DNA from: Sarea resinae
Lineage: Eukaryota
Reading direction: 5' to 3'
DNA: 64,000 bases
Assembly: GCA_026026165.1 (NCBI GenBank)
Contig: JAPEUD010000063.1
Location: 1-64,000, forward strand
Positions 23,395-35,155 of the stretch are shown one piece after another. The stretch's first letter is position 1. Every line of letters begins with the position of its first letter. The position numbers and the translations under genes are program-made. The notes under the pieces are model-generated. The model was not told the origin of the DNA. It searched no databases and was given only the letters and a program-made list of their open reading frames with translations.

Positions 23395-25348
23395 TCACAT
23401 ATTCAAGAGACTCATCTGCCGTCGGAGCGGACTGGCGCTGAGGCTGCTCTCTTCGCTTCCATAGACGCCCGAATCCACGGTATCGATATCCCAATGCTCG
23501 TCCTCTTTGCCCTCGCTCGGGTCCCCGCTATCCCAGCCCTTCTGTTGCGCCCCTCGTGTATTCCATCTCAAGGTGCGGCTGATGCTGTCAAACCACTCCG
23601 TTGGATGGGAAAGGACAGTTGGGAAAGGATATTGGCTGGCGGCGATGGTGACGTAGTCTCCCTGCTTCAGCTCGATGCGACCCTTGCCGTCAAAGGAGCA
23701 GTAGGCCGTGGCGCGAGAGTGGATAGGGACCGAGACACGCAGGAGCATGGTGTCGTTCAGCAGCATCGGGCGGAAGGAGAGCGTGTGGGGGCAGATGGGG
23801 GTGAGGAGGATTGCGGGAATGTCGGGATGGACGAGAGAGCCACCGGCAGAGAGCGAGTAGGCTGTGGATCCTGCCAAGGCATTAGCATGGTAGAGTCAAT
23901 AAACATGGGAATGTGTAGAACTAACCCGTCGGGGTGGAGAAGATGCAACCGTCGGCTTGGACGACGGTCAGGAGCTCGTTATCCCCAAAGAGTTCGAGAT
24001 TGGACACATATGGAGATGGACCTCGGTCGATGACCAACTCGTTAAGCACCTCAAACTGCTCGCCTTCAAGCATGTTGCCGCTAGGGTCCCGACGATAGAC
24101 GGTGCAAGTGAATCTCATCCGAAGATTGACTCTCATCCCGGCATCGCCCATCACCCGGTTGAGATGTTCCTTGTACTGTTCGAATTGGAAATTCGTCAGA
24201 AACCCCAGGCTACCCAGACTGAAGCTCAGGACTGGTGGAACGATGCGTTGAAAGAGCCAGCTGGTGAACAGAACAGTCCCGTCACCACCGAGAGTGAGCA
24301 CGAGATCGAACTTTTCGGGTGATTGCCAACAGAGATCCGGCGTCCAGAATTTGAGCATATGCTGGAATCGAGGATCCCTGTTCAACAGACCCTGGGCGTC
24401 GAAGCGCTTCGAATGCCGTAGCTTTGCATCGACATAGACATTAACGCCAACCTCAGACCCGTATCGAGGTGTATATAGTAGCCACTCGGCCAGCTCTCTA
24501 GTCAGTGTCACTAGCTGGTTGTCTCTCGCCTTTGTCACAATCATGACATTTCGAACCGCCCGCTTGATAGGCCGCCGCTGCAACTGTTTGGACACCTCGC
24601 GGACGCCGGTCGCAGTCTGCACCAGGCGGGAATGCGACATCCATTCATCATCCGAGATTTCCTCCAAGACTTTGTGCAGGTCGACAGCATCATCAAACCG
24701 CTTATGAAAAAAGCATGGAGAGTTCAGAGCCGCTAGCCGTCCGGTCGTGGTCGACTCCCCCTTCTCCGCGCCCATCCTGAGGCTCGAGATGACAGTCGAG
24801 AGGCACTTTGCCGCCGTTGCCTCTTTGCCTTGATCGCTCGAGGGCGCCGTGGGCTCGGGTCCCGTGGATTCGTTAGGTTTCGCAGAGGCCGGTGCACGCG
24901 AGCTCAAAGCTTTCATGATCGTCTGATGCGGTAGAGAATCGATAGAGTGGGCGCTTCTTCGTCGGGTGTTGAACGAGGGAGAAGCGTGCAGCGGGAAGTT
25001 CGAGAGAGGTTCTGCGCTGTCCGGATGGATGTGTATCGTCGGTGGTGAGGTGCTGCTTGAATCTCTTGAGGTGTGAGCGTGGCCTTCCTCCCCGTTCGTG
25101 TGCAGGAAATTCATGGGGTGGACATGTTCGCGAAGTCTGGAAACGTCAATGGGAGAGGATGCGGGCCGCGGTTTTACACGAGGAGTGTTCCCCGCAGTAG
25201 GAGGCTGATCGATGAGTCCATTATGCAGCTCGGGGCCGGTGCGGTCGGAGTGTTCGGATTGAGAGCAGGTGCAGAGGAGTAGGTCGTTGTAAGATTGCGG
25301 AGGATGTGAGCGAGGTGGTGAAGAAGGCAGCGCGGCTGACGTCGCCAT
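23395..25348 (-). CDS. ATP-NAD(H) kinase (Utr1/Yef1 family)
   Basis: LTLGGDGTVL, SFSLGSLGFLT, VLNELVIDRG, QADGCIFSTPT|GSTAYSLSAGGS (intron 23871-23925), TPICPHTLSFRP. Confidence 0.95.
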
Positions 25349-27649
25349 GTCTGCCCTGCCGGTGGCCGACTCTAAGATCCTTCGGGGTTTAGCGCCGGGT
25401 ACCCTGATCCGGTAGCAGGTCTGGAACTCTTCGGTCGCTCGTTGCCCTCGCGCCAGGAAATGTTATCTACGATGCTGGTGAAAATAGATGATGAAGCAGA
25501 CGTGATAGAGAACCGCGTTGGTATCGCCAGGACCGCGCCTGTTCTTAACGGTGGTCTCGATGGCGTACTCGGGGGGTTTTATTCTCGGAGATACCAGACA
25601 CAACGTGCCTGCAGTTGAACGGGAAAACGGAGAATCCGCCAATCTCCCAAGTGCCAGTCACCCCGGGAAGAGTGCCGTCGCTTGACTAATTGATCAACGG
25701 TATCCTGCACCGCTGCAGAATGCAACGGGGGAGGGGGCCGTAGGAGGGAAGGATCCCTCTTGCGATGCGAGACACGAATATCGAGACTGCTCTAGAAAGA
25801 GTCAGTGCCGTAAGCGTAACATGTAAGCGTCAGCGGCCGGGATCGCAGCAGCCCATCCCGTCTTCGATGAGGAGACGCGACGGAACTTTCATTGGTGGAC
25901 GTGAATATCGTTGAGAGAAGACGATGGAAGAAGATGTAATCAAATGCCCAATGGAAAATATCTGCTTCACTACTGTGCGGTAAAGGGGCATACTAACCGA
26001 CTAGCAGTCGGGGGGGGGTTCCGGAAGAGCCAGCGGTGGAGATCAGGAGAGTGATGAGAAAGATATATCAATCTAGATGTTGAGATTCGCCGGGAATCAC
26101 GATTCTCATATAGTGCAAGACGAAGAGGCCACCGAGGTCACAGCCGTCCGTAGCTGTAGGGCTGGGGGTTGCGCGATCTCTGCGGGGTTGCAACACAGCG
26201 CAGATGATGGCAAAGGCTGTGAGGATGCCGCTTTGATATAGTATATGGATGTGACTGCTGGTGCAGAAAGCTCATGTGCTTGAGAGGGTTCTGAATTGCT
26301 CGTTCAGAACGCTCGTTGGACGCCTTTGGGATGGTGTCGCCCGCGTAGCTGCGGGAGTATACCCATTCCAAGGCCTATAAATATGGCTACTGCAGTTACA
26401 CTTCTGGATTGGCTCCTATAGATCTGCTTTCTTTGACTAGTCAAATGTCTACGAAGCCGTCGGTCGAAGCTACAGGGCGCATCTCCGGGCGCGATTCAAG
26501 GACGCAAGCACTGGGCTGTCAGCCTTAGCTTACGGGTCAAGCACAGGCCCGGCGGGTTGCGCTCAGTGTCCGCACCGAGCGCACCGAACGGGGCACATTC
26601 CGGAGGCCGAAAGTCCAAGGCATTACAAAACCCGAGACAAGGCCATGAGTTTTGGACTGATCGAGTAAGGTAAGATAAAGGAGTAATGCTGCCGTCGTCG
26701 TGTTACATCTTGCGCTATCTTTAGCTGCAAAAGAAAACCAGTTCTGGACGAACAGGAGCTCGAGGGCGGCGGAATTGGTCCGAAGTAATGCCTCCAGGCT
26801 CGTGCGCACCAACGGCAGCGGAGAGATCGTGGGGTACGGGGTAGCGGGCATCAGGAGGCTGGCATTGACCCATGAGCGAGAGATGGTGCACGCGTATGAA
26901 TCTCACAGCATTACATAGTACTTCATATATGGCATTGCACAGCACCCAGTCACACAGCATTCAATCGCATAGTGGCTCACGACCGACCACAGGGGCTGCT
27001 CGCGATACCCGGCAGGCCCAGGGCCCAGCACTTCAGTTCTTCAACCCTCGTAGTTACATTCGATGATATCCCACGTGGGCGGTCCCAGCGTGCCATCGTT
27101 GGGTCTTCCGCTGCTGAGCACCTGCGTCGACTTCACGCCGTCATCTGGCATGCCGTGCTGCGTCTGATTGATCGTCAGGCAGCGCATCGTCTCGCCTCAC
27201 AGCTCCACCCCTTCCTTCGACCGGCGTTGGCAGACGATTGGAACGGGATCCCGATAACCAAGCCACACGAGGGTCGCAGTCAAAGAGGTCGCGGCTTACG
27301 TTCAGATTCCCCTGTCTCCCTCGGGTATCAGAGTGCGGTGACTCGCGGTCTAGGTGTGGGAGGAACCGCCAACGGGCAGGTAGAACGGCTCCACAGTTCA
27401 CGATTTGAAGGAGGTGGAAATGCGGAGTGCAGCATACAAGACCGCAGGATCGGAGAGCATGATGCTTCACCCCCGAGTACCGTCTCGTCTGTCCTCGGTC
27501 TTTTCTTGATTCGTTGTGTTCGCCCGGACCTTTACCGGGAGACCTTCATCCAGTCCTCGCATACCGAGACAGATACCATGAACAGCGTATAGAATAAAAG
27601 CCTCTTTTGTCCCATAAAACGCCAAATACGGTGCCCATAAACCACGCGC

Positions 27650-28574
27650 CTATCCCGACAATTCCTGTTTCCATCTCTGATCCCTCTCAACCTTATCCCT
27701 TACAGCGCCCCTCATGAACCCTTGTAAATCAGCCGCATCGTCCGTATCCATACGAGTGACATCCGCACCACCAGCTAAAGAATCCCCGCAACATATCGGT
27801 TTCGTATCTTCAAAGACGCGATCCCATAGCTGAAGACTAAACGTCCCCTCACTCTCAGCCACGAGGAGCTCGCCGTGCGACGAGAAGCCGAGGACGTGAA
27901 TCGATGACGCTTTTTCCAGCTGGCGTGGATCGGGATCGTGTATGACATCTCCCGACGGTGACACGGCGACCAGAGCAGATGTGAGGGTCATGGCGAGAGG
28001 TATCGAGGCAGACAGAAGCGCAAGCGTCGCTGCTTGCAATAAAGCCGGCAGCATCGACAGGCCCTAACACAGACATCAGTATGATATGGAAAACAAAAAG
28101 GTAGGGGCATGATCGAATGTACCGAAGAAGCCTGAAGTGCTTTGGTAGCAGCAGCGTCATACTCGGGCGCGCCGGTGATTTGCAGCGTGATCTGGATGAG
28201 CGTTCTCGGATGATTCTGCACGAGGATGAGGTGACGGAGCGTGGCGTACAGAATCGACTCGAGATGTCGTTCCCGCGTGCCTTTTTCAAGCAGATCTACG
28301 TCAGCCGTGCTCAATACTTTGGCCGGCCGAGAAGAGAGAGAGGGAGGGGAAGGGAGAAGGAGAGGAGAAGACGTCAGTCCATACCTCCTACACCGACAGC
28401 TGGCCGCACCGACACCTCCACAGCGGCTTCTTCGGGCAGCTCGTCCCGGCGCTGGACTTCCACCGGGCCATTCACGCCACAGATGACACTGTACCCGTTG
28501 CCGGAGTATGTAGCTGATCCATCGGCACGGTGCAGGGTAGATAGAGATGCGCTGGGCGCATGGGGGACCGTCAT
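27650..28574 (-). CDS. rrp46: exosome complex subunit Rrp46 (RNase PH family)
   Basis: Exons 28574-28385, 28280-28123, 28063-27650. LHRADGSATY..CGVNGPVEVQRRDELPEEAAVEVSVRP..GTRERHLE..HPRTLIQITLQ..LLQAATLALLSASIP. Confidence 0.92.
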
Positions 28575-28894
28575 CGTGCTTGTTTCTTCCTCGGCCAGAA
28601 AAAAAGTGTTGATCATGATGCGCCCGCGCGAACTGAATGTCTGCCGGGACGGATTATTGATATTCCGCGCGTACACTCCCACGTCCACATGCAGCTGGAG
28701 GATTACCTCAATAGTGCAACAGGTTCCTTACGTGCACATAAGACTAGCAGGATAACTCCTACAATTATCACAAATTATTCGAGGATAAAACCTAGGTACT
28801 AAAGACCTTTTAAGACTAAATCTAGATAAGTCTAGTTATTAAGATATATGAAGAGATCCCTATATATATATTTACTACAATCTACTAAATCTTT

Positions 28895-28945
28895 CCTACC
28901 TACCTACCTACCTACCTACCTTATCTATCTCTAAACCCTAAACCC
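28895..28945. repeat. (CTAC)n microsatellite followed by two CTAAACC units
   Basis: cctacctacctacc... then ctaaaccctaaaccc. Confidence 0.8.
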
Positions 28946-29975
28946 TTCTACTCACCCCCCTAAGAAATCCACCACCTTACCTTCTGTCCTATCCCCACTC
29001 CTCCGACAAGTACCACTCATACTTTTTTCAAACTCCCCTCCGAACCCGTTTTGCCCCTCCAAGATTTCAACAAAAAAGGGGGCATAGATAGAGGATCCGT
29101 CAATCTGTCTTTGTGTGCTTGGCTAAGGTATGCATTAGGTGCGTGCGTGCGTGCGTGCGTGTCTATCCATGCCTAATCCTAAACCCTAGCCCGAGTCCTA
29201 GTGCTAATCCCCAGTACCTACTACCACGATCCTTATTGCCAACAACTTCAACGACCTCTTCTTTTCCCTTGCTACGCTTCCTCCCCACCCCCCCCCGTCA
29301 TATTATATCCTATCTCATCATTTCCTTTCCTGAACTATCATCCTTGTAAGGCCCCTGCCGTGTCCTGTCCACTCTCTTCCCCGTCCTTGCTGTGCCGAAA
29401 CAGCTTAGCGAGGGTAGATAGTAAACCGTGATATACAGCACTGGTGATAGGACACAATCCAACGCACCACAACAGAACACATCACAACGCACCACGCAAA
29501 TAAGACTGTGACTGGGGCCAAGAGCAAGGCCTAATAACAACCCGGATTCGAGGAGAGGAAGAGAAAAAGCAAGGGAGTAGAGGCCAGAAAAGAAGGAGAA
29601 GGTGAAGGAGAAGGAGGAAAAGGAGGACGAAAGCGGGTGGGTGCATAGAACAGAACGGAGGATAGAACAGGGGCGGGAGGTCTTTGGGGGTTTGGGGGAG
29701 GGAGACCGCGGGGGTTCGGGGATGAGCTTGGATTGATTGATTGATTGCTTGCTTGATTATCTGAGCGACTGAGAGAAACGGAGAACAAAATGCATGAGCC
29801 GTATGATATAGGACGAGGGAAGTAGGAAGTAGAAAACTGTGGGCGGCGGAGAATTGGAGCAGCTCGGACTAGAAGACTAGACTAGGACCGCTGACACCGT
29901 GACGTCAGGAGACCGGCAGCAGCCTGACCCAAACGAACAAACAAACAAGACCAGACCAGATATAGAACGAAGGGT

Positions 29976-31174
29976 TCACTCGTTGAAATGATAGACCTAA
30001 AGTAAGACGATCGTCAGCACCTTTATCCTTTGTCGAAAAAGGGGAAAATGAAAGTAAGAAGACGAGATAAACGCACATAGTAATTTGGCAGCCCCCAGCT
30101 CTGATAGCCGAGCCGTTTGGCCATCTTAGCGAATCCCTCTGTCTCGATGAGGTGATAGAAGGAAAAGGGCGGGAACATGGCGCCGTCGCGATGCACCTCG
30201 GCCTTGACCATCAGCGCCGTGCCGCCCACGCCGTCGAGCGGGATCATCTTGCCCGCGTCGCCCGACCCATCCGCCAGCTTGGCCATTAGTGTCCGCCACG
30301 TCGCCATCTCCGCGTAGCCTTCGAGTAGAATGTCGTCTGGGCCCATCTTGGACGCCAGCTCCTGCGCCGCCGCGCTGTCGATCCAGTTGTTGTAGTCGTA
30401 CGGACGCACGTCCATGGCGTTTTTGTCCGCGTTGAAGAAGCGCTGGTAGCAGTTCGGCGTGATGATAGCCTGGTTGTGGGCGGCGAGGTCCTGGATCAGC
30501 GAGGGCGGTGACTCGACGATGTCGGCATCGAGCCAGAGGATCCACGCGGTTGACGGGCCAATAGTAGTAAAGAGGAGCGAGTTGCGCGCGCGCGCCATGG
30601 CCGCCCGCCGCACCTTCTGGTTTTCCATCTTGTGCCGCTCCGCCTCGTTCTGGTTCTGCAGGGGCGGGTCAAAGTCCTGGCGCAGGATCGTGATGCTGGA
30701 GAAACGCTTCTTCTCGGGCCCGGACTGCGTCTTGGCGATCTCCGCCTGCAGGGCCGCCGTGGCAGCGTTGCCCTCGCGCGTCTTAGGGATGATGAACCCG
30801 AGCGAGATCAGCTCGTGCGGGTAGCTGAGCTTGAGGAGGTTGTCCCAGTAGCCCTGGTAGAATCTCGCCAGGGGGGTCAGGATCAGCACGGTTTCTCTGC
30901 CTTCGACGGGGTCGGCCGAGGTGGTGAGGTTGTTGAGGTGGTAGTGCACCACCGGCGGCGGCGTGCGCTCTCCATTGGCTTTGGGCGACGGTTTTCGGAA
31001 GGGTTTAGCTGGGGGTGAGAGCGGGTGAGCAGCAGCAGATTGTTGTTTCGCTCTGCTGCTTGCGGTTGAGGCACTTGTAGGAGCACAGATGAAGAAGAGG
31101 AAGCCGAGGGTGAGAAGGCCGGCGAGAAGGATGGTGATGGGATTGGTCCGGCGAAATGCCCGCGCCGAGGGCAT
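29976..31174 (-). CDS. mnn9: Golgi mannan polymerase subunit Mnn9 (Anp1 family, GT62)
   Basis: N-terminal TM anchor, ETVLILTPLARF, MARARNSLLFTT, DxD motif WILWLDADIVE, RPYDYNNW, LDGVGGTALMVKA, HLIETEGFAKMAKRLG. Intron 29997-30076, last exon VYHFNE*. Confidence 0.92.
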
Positions 31175-32235
31175 GATGAGGAGGATGGTCGACGCAGAGT
31201 CGATCGATGTCTATATGCTATCAGCGCGAAAGTCCTATCCTGTCGTGACGAGACGTGGGGGGGCCAGGGGGGCTCCTACGCACGAGTAATCGACCAGAAT
31301 AAAACTCAAATTCACCTCATCAGAGACGCCTTCACATAGGAGATGATGATGCTCTGAAGACTGTGGGCACGCCGCTAGCGATATGAACCTCGAAGTGATG
31401 GATGGTGGAGATGCAAGTTGCACCCCTACGCTCAGCGTCCAGGTCCAGCACTACCGCAAGGTCAAGCAGTCCGTATTCACATTTCGCCGGCCTACTTGTC
31501 CTCAACCAGGGTAGCCGTGGAGACATGGTGAAGTCGCAGTACCTGACCTGCCAGTGTGTAGATGGGGCCTCATCGGTACTCGTTACATCAAGCTGTCGCG
31601 ACCACAGCACTAGAGTGACACTGTACCGAGAGCTACTTCGTACGAAACATGGCCGAAATAGACTCCAAGGCCAACCGATTGAGCTTGCTGCACGAGACTT
31701 TGATCACTTTCACCCATCAATCACAATCATCTTGACCGTGGACGCAGGAGACGTGAGGTGTCAATATCATTAGCAGCAAAGGGTATCTACAGTGAGCGAT
31801 TGAATGTGAACCGGATCAGCCGCCATTGGGTCCTATCCCACCCATCCATCCCATCCTATCCCATCCCACCCAACTCCGAAATAGCAGCACAAAGCAAACC
31901 CTCACCCAACCAGCCAAATCACCAACCTGTAGGCAAAGAGGACGCCAACTAACAACATGCGGGAAAACTCCATGACTTTCGAAAAGGGAGACACAAGTAC
32001 TAAAGATCGAGCGCTGATCACACGCAAGGCCAGAATAGACAATGCCTAAACACCCGGGTGGGACCAGACCGATGTAGTTGAACGTAATGACGAGGACGAG
32101 AAAACAACGGACACCTCCCTGCCCGTAGGCCTCGCAATGACTATAAAGACATGCTAGAACGCAGAGATCTGAGAAGGTAAAATAGAGAAGCCACGACGAG
32201 TGACAAGATAGAGACAACCAGTGCGAGAGTCAGGA

Positions 32236-33201
32236 TTAGACTTCGTAGATGGTCTCCAGATCGAGATCGCCTCTCCTCTCGCCGCCACAAACACTCCATC
32301 TCTTGCGCTCACGAGACCCATACCCCGAGCCGGACCGACCACTACTAGGGATATCCAAGTTATCTCTCAGGCCGTCGTTTTGTCCGCCGTCGGCTGCATC
32401 TGCGGCTGCTTTGAGCTTGGCGATTCTCTCTGCCTCGAGCGCTTCTTCTTCGGCATCCGGAGAGTCGGGAATAGTCTCCAGGCTTGAGATGCTGGGGCTT
32501 CGTGATCTAGGAGACGTCGGGGTGGATGAGACCGAGGAAGAAAATGAGGATGGGTAGTTTGTCGGATATGATTCATTGAATTTCGCGGGACCAATGAGCG
32601 GTGACGAGCTGGCGGAAGACGAAGTCGAAGAGAATGCTCCGCTGGCGGACACTTGTGCCACCTGCTGCAAAGGCGACGATGGGCGACGACGGCGTGGGAA
32701 GGCATTGCCGGCATTGAGATAGAGACCCGGCGGTGTTTGAAGTAGACCCGATTCTCCTTTGTAATTCGCCGCGTCGTCCGAGCCGGATGATCGCGAAGGT
32801 TTGAGATCTTCGTCATTTCTCCGAAATGCGGGACGATAGGCACTCGAGGACCCAAGCGGACTCGACGGTCTTCCTCGGCTAGTGGTGGTCGTGAGATGAC
32901 CGGCCGCATCGACCGAAGGCATTGAATGTGTCCTCAACATGGACGGAGCGAGATAGCTGCCAGATGATCGCGAGCGAAGGTGGCTGCGCGAGTACGGGGA
33001 GCGGCTGCGGGGTGGGGCCAGGGTCGGCGTGAGTTGCGATAAGGTCATGGTGGACGGATCGGTCGAGCTCCGTGTCGGAGCTGGTCGATCTCGATCGTCC
33101 CGAGTCATCGAGCCGGGCGTATCGAGATGAAGATTTTCAAAGGTGGTCAATTCAATGTCGACGGTGGGAGCACCGCGGGAGATCATTCTGGTGGCGTGCA
33201 T
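32236..33201 (-). CDS. Ser-rich conserved hypothetical fungal protein
   Basis: 321-aa ORF with RSRSPYSRSHLRSRS, RSRSPSISSLETIPDSPDAEEEA and C-terminal RKRWSVCGGERRGDLDLETIY. Start uncertain. Confidence 0.72.
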   Translation of the reverse strand: MHATRMISRGAPTVDIELTTFENLHLDTPGSMTRDDRDRPAPTRSSTDPSTMTLSQLTPTLAPPRSRSPYSRSHLRSRSSGSYLAPSMLRTHSMPSVDAAGHLTTTTSRGRPSSPLGSSSAYRPAFRRNDEDLKPSRSSGSDDAANYKGESGLLQTPPGLYLNAGNAFPRRRRPSSPLQQVAQVSASGAFSSTSSSASSSPLIGPAKFNESYPTNYPSSFSSSVSSTPTSPRSRSPSISSLETIPDSPDAEEEALEAERIAKLKAAADAADGGQNDGLRDNLDIPSSGRSGSGYGSRERKRWSVCGGERRGDLDLETIYEV

Positions 33202-34649
33202 GGTGGCTTCGCGCTGTGGATGGCAGAAGGAAGGACCGGGGCGAGATGATCGATGTGATGGGAATTGAGGACTGTCTGTTTGTTTGGAAGGGGCCGGCCG
33301 ATGTGAATGGGGCTATATTTGGGTGTTGTCGTGTCCTGTGAAGGCCCGACCGAACTTGGACTGACCCGGACGGATTGGAGATATTCGCTTTCGCTTTTAC
33401 GGGCGGCCACGTCTGATGGTTGCAAAGCAACGAATCACCCAGCGAGGCTTCTGATTTCGGGTCCAGACGTGCAAAAGCCGATGGTGCTCGAATGTGGCTG
33501 TCGCTGCTTCAGAGATACAAACAAATGCCTCTGAAGGGAAGGTAGAGTGGCGGATCAGGAAGGAAGGAAGGAAGGAAGGGCAGAAGAGCGGGTCAGGCCA
33601 ACAACGTCGCAGTGAGCAGTTGTGGTCGTGGTCGTGGGCGTGGTCGTGGGTACTGTACGGAGTACTTCACTTCTTCTGCTGCGGCAAGAAGGGAAGAAAC
33701 AGAGAAGTGTGATGGAGATAAGGAAGGATCGAAGTCGTGTCTCAGCAGCAGGAAGCGCAGCAGATGCTCTCTCCTTTAACAACAAAGACTCACTCCTCTT
33801 CCTCTTTCCGAATCCTCACTCTGGGGGGGAGGGGGGACGCGAAAGGAGGTGTTGAGGCGAGTCGTTAGGCGTTTGACAAAGCGATTCTCATCTCTCTTCA
33901 TGTCTTCACGAGTGAGGAGCGAGCACGGCGTCGTCAGTCAGTCGGTCAGTATGAAGTACTTCAGTAGTAGTCAGCGATCGCCGCTGAATCTGACGAGGAA
34001 GTATCTCATTCGAACGCCGCCCCGGACGAATCATGCAGCAAGCAGTAGCTGACGCAGGGGTGACATGCGACTGCGGTACGAGCAGAGTACTCCGGAGTAC
34101 TCGGAGCCCTCGTGCTTTGTCCGTGCCGGAGAGAGTAACGCTGCAGTACCAGAAGACGGCACCGTCGTCTGACCCGCGTACCTTATCCCGTCCACGACTT
34201 ACAGAGTACCTCCACCAGTAAGCAGACAGACATGCGATCTTACCGTGCGGGACCGCGTACGCGACCACAGCGCCCAAGTACTTCGTCCCTCACCCCTCGT
34301 CCCTCCTCCGTACCGCACTGGCTACGAGTACCCCCAGTCCCTCGGTCCTCGAGCAACTCGTACTCGTACTCGAACGCAAACCCCGACTAAGCTCCACACC
34401 CACGTTCCCGTCCCCCAACGCCCCCAAAACGCCCCAAACGCCCGTAACCGAGTCAAAGGAAAAGTCAAAGGAAAAGTTAAAAGGGAAAGAGAAGACACAA
34501 AGAAAGCATCTGCGATCAAAGAGCCGCCCGTGCTTCTTGCCTCGCGAGTCATGCACGTTCATACATACATCCATGCATACATTCGCTCTTCCTTCCCTTC
34601 CCTTTCACGGCATTACTGAGTCTGGCGAATCGTGATGGACCACTGGTGG

Positions 34650-34686
34650 TGGTGATGGTGATGGTGATGGTGATGGTGATGATGAT
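34650..34686. repeat. (GGTGAT)n microsatellite
   Basis: ggtgatggtgatggtgatggtgatggtgatgatgat. Confidence 0.9.
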
Positions 34687-35155
34687 CTACAAGCACCCAT
34701 TCATTGTGGCAGTAGATATGGTAGCTACCACCGTAGCTAAGGTATATAGCAAGCTACACCGGCCGACGACGAGGACGGTGATACATTGCGTTCGTTCCTT
34801 CGATCCTGTGGTAGACCGGTGGAAGTATATATATCAGAATACAAACAAATGGTTTTTTTATTGGGGGTAGATCAAGTGAGATTGGTCAATGGAGATCCAA
34901 AGAAGTCAATCATGACGCTCGATCCAACCACCCACCCAACCGCCCACCGGCCGACCGGCCTACCCACTCGTTCCTATTTCACAAACAAATAGCCCCCCGA
35001 GACGTTACCTCCCTATTCCACATACCAAACACCCAAAGACTGATCCTCCCTCCCCTAAAACCCATCGCCATCGATAAAGTTGCGCCGAGAAACCCCGCCC
35101 CGCCCCGCCCCAGCGAAGAACAAGAATATGAATATGAAGATGAGAAACACGATCC

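Noticed and set aside
26608..26665. Hammerhead-like elements GAAA ... CTGATCGA
   Set aside because: Only one stem lies between them and the core is not CUGANGA, so the three-stem topology cannot form.
25349..27649. Telomerase RNA or RNase P/MRP RNA in the 2.3-kb gap (GAAAGTCC near 26609)
   Set aside because: I found no TAACCCTAA-like template on either strand and no downstream segment completing a P4 helix with GAAAGTCC.
28931..28945. Telomere-like CTAAACCCTAAACCC
   Set aside because: Only two units, inside a microsatellite-rich spacer; not evidence of a telomere or a template.
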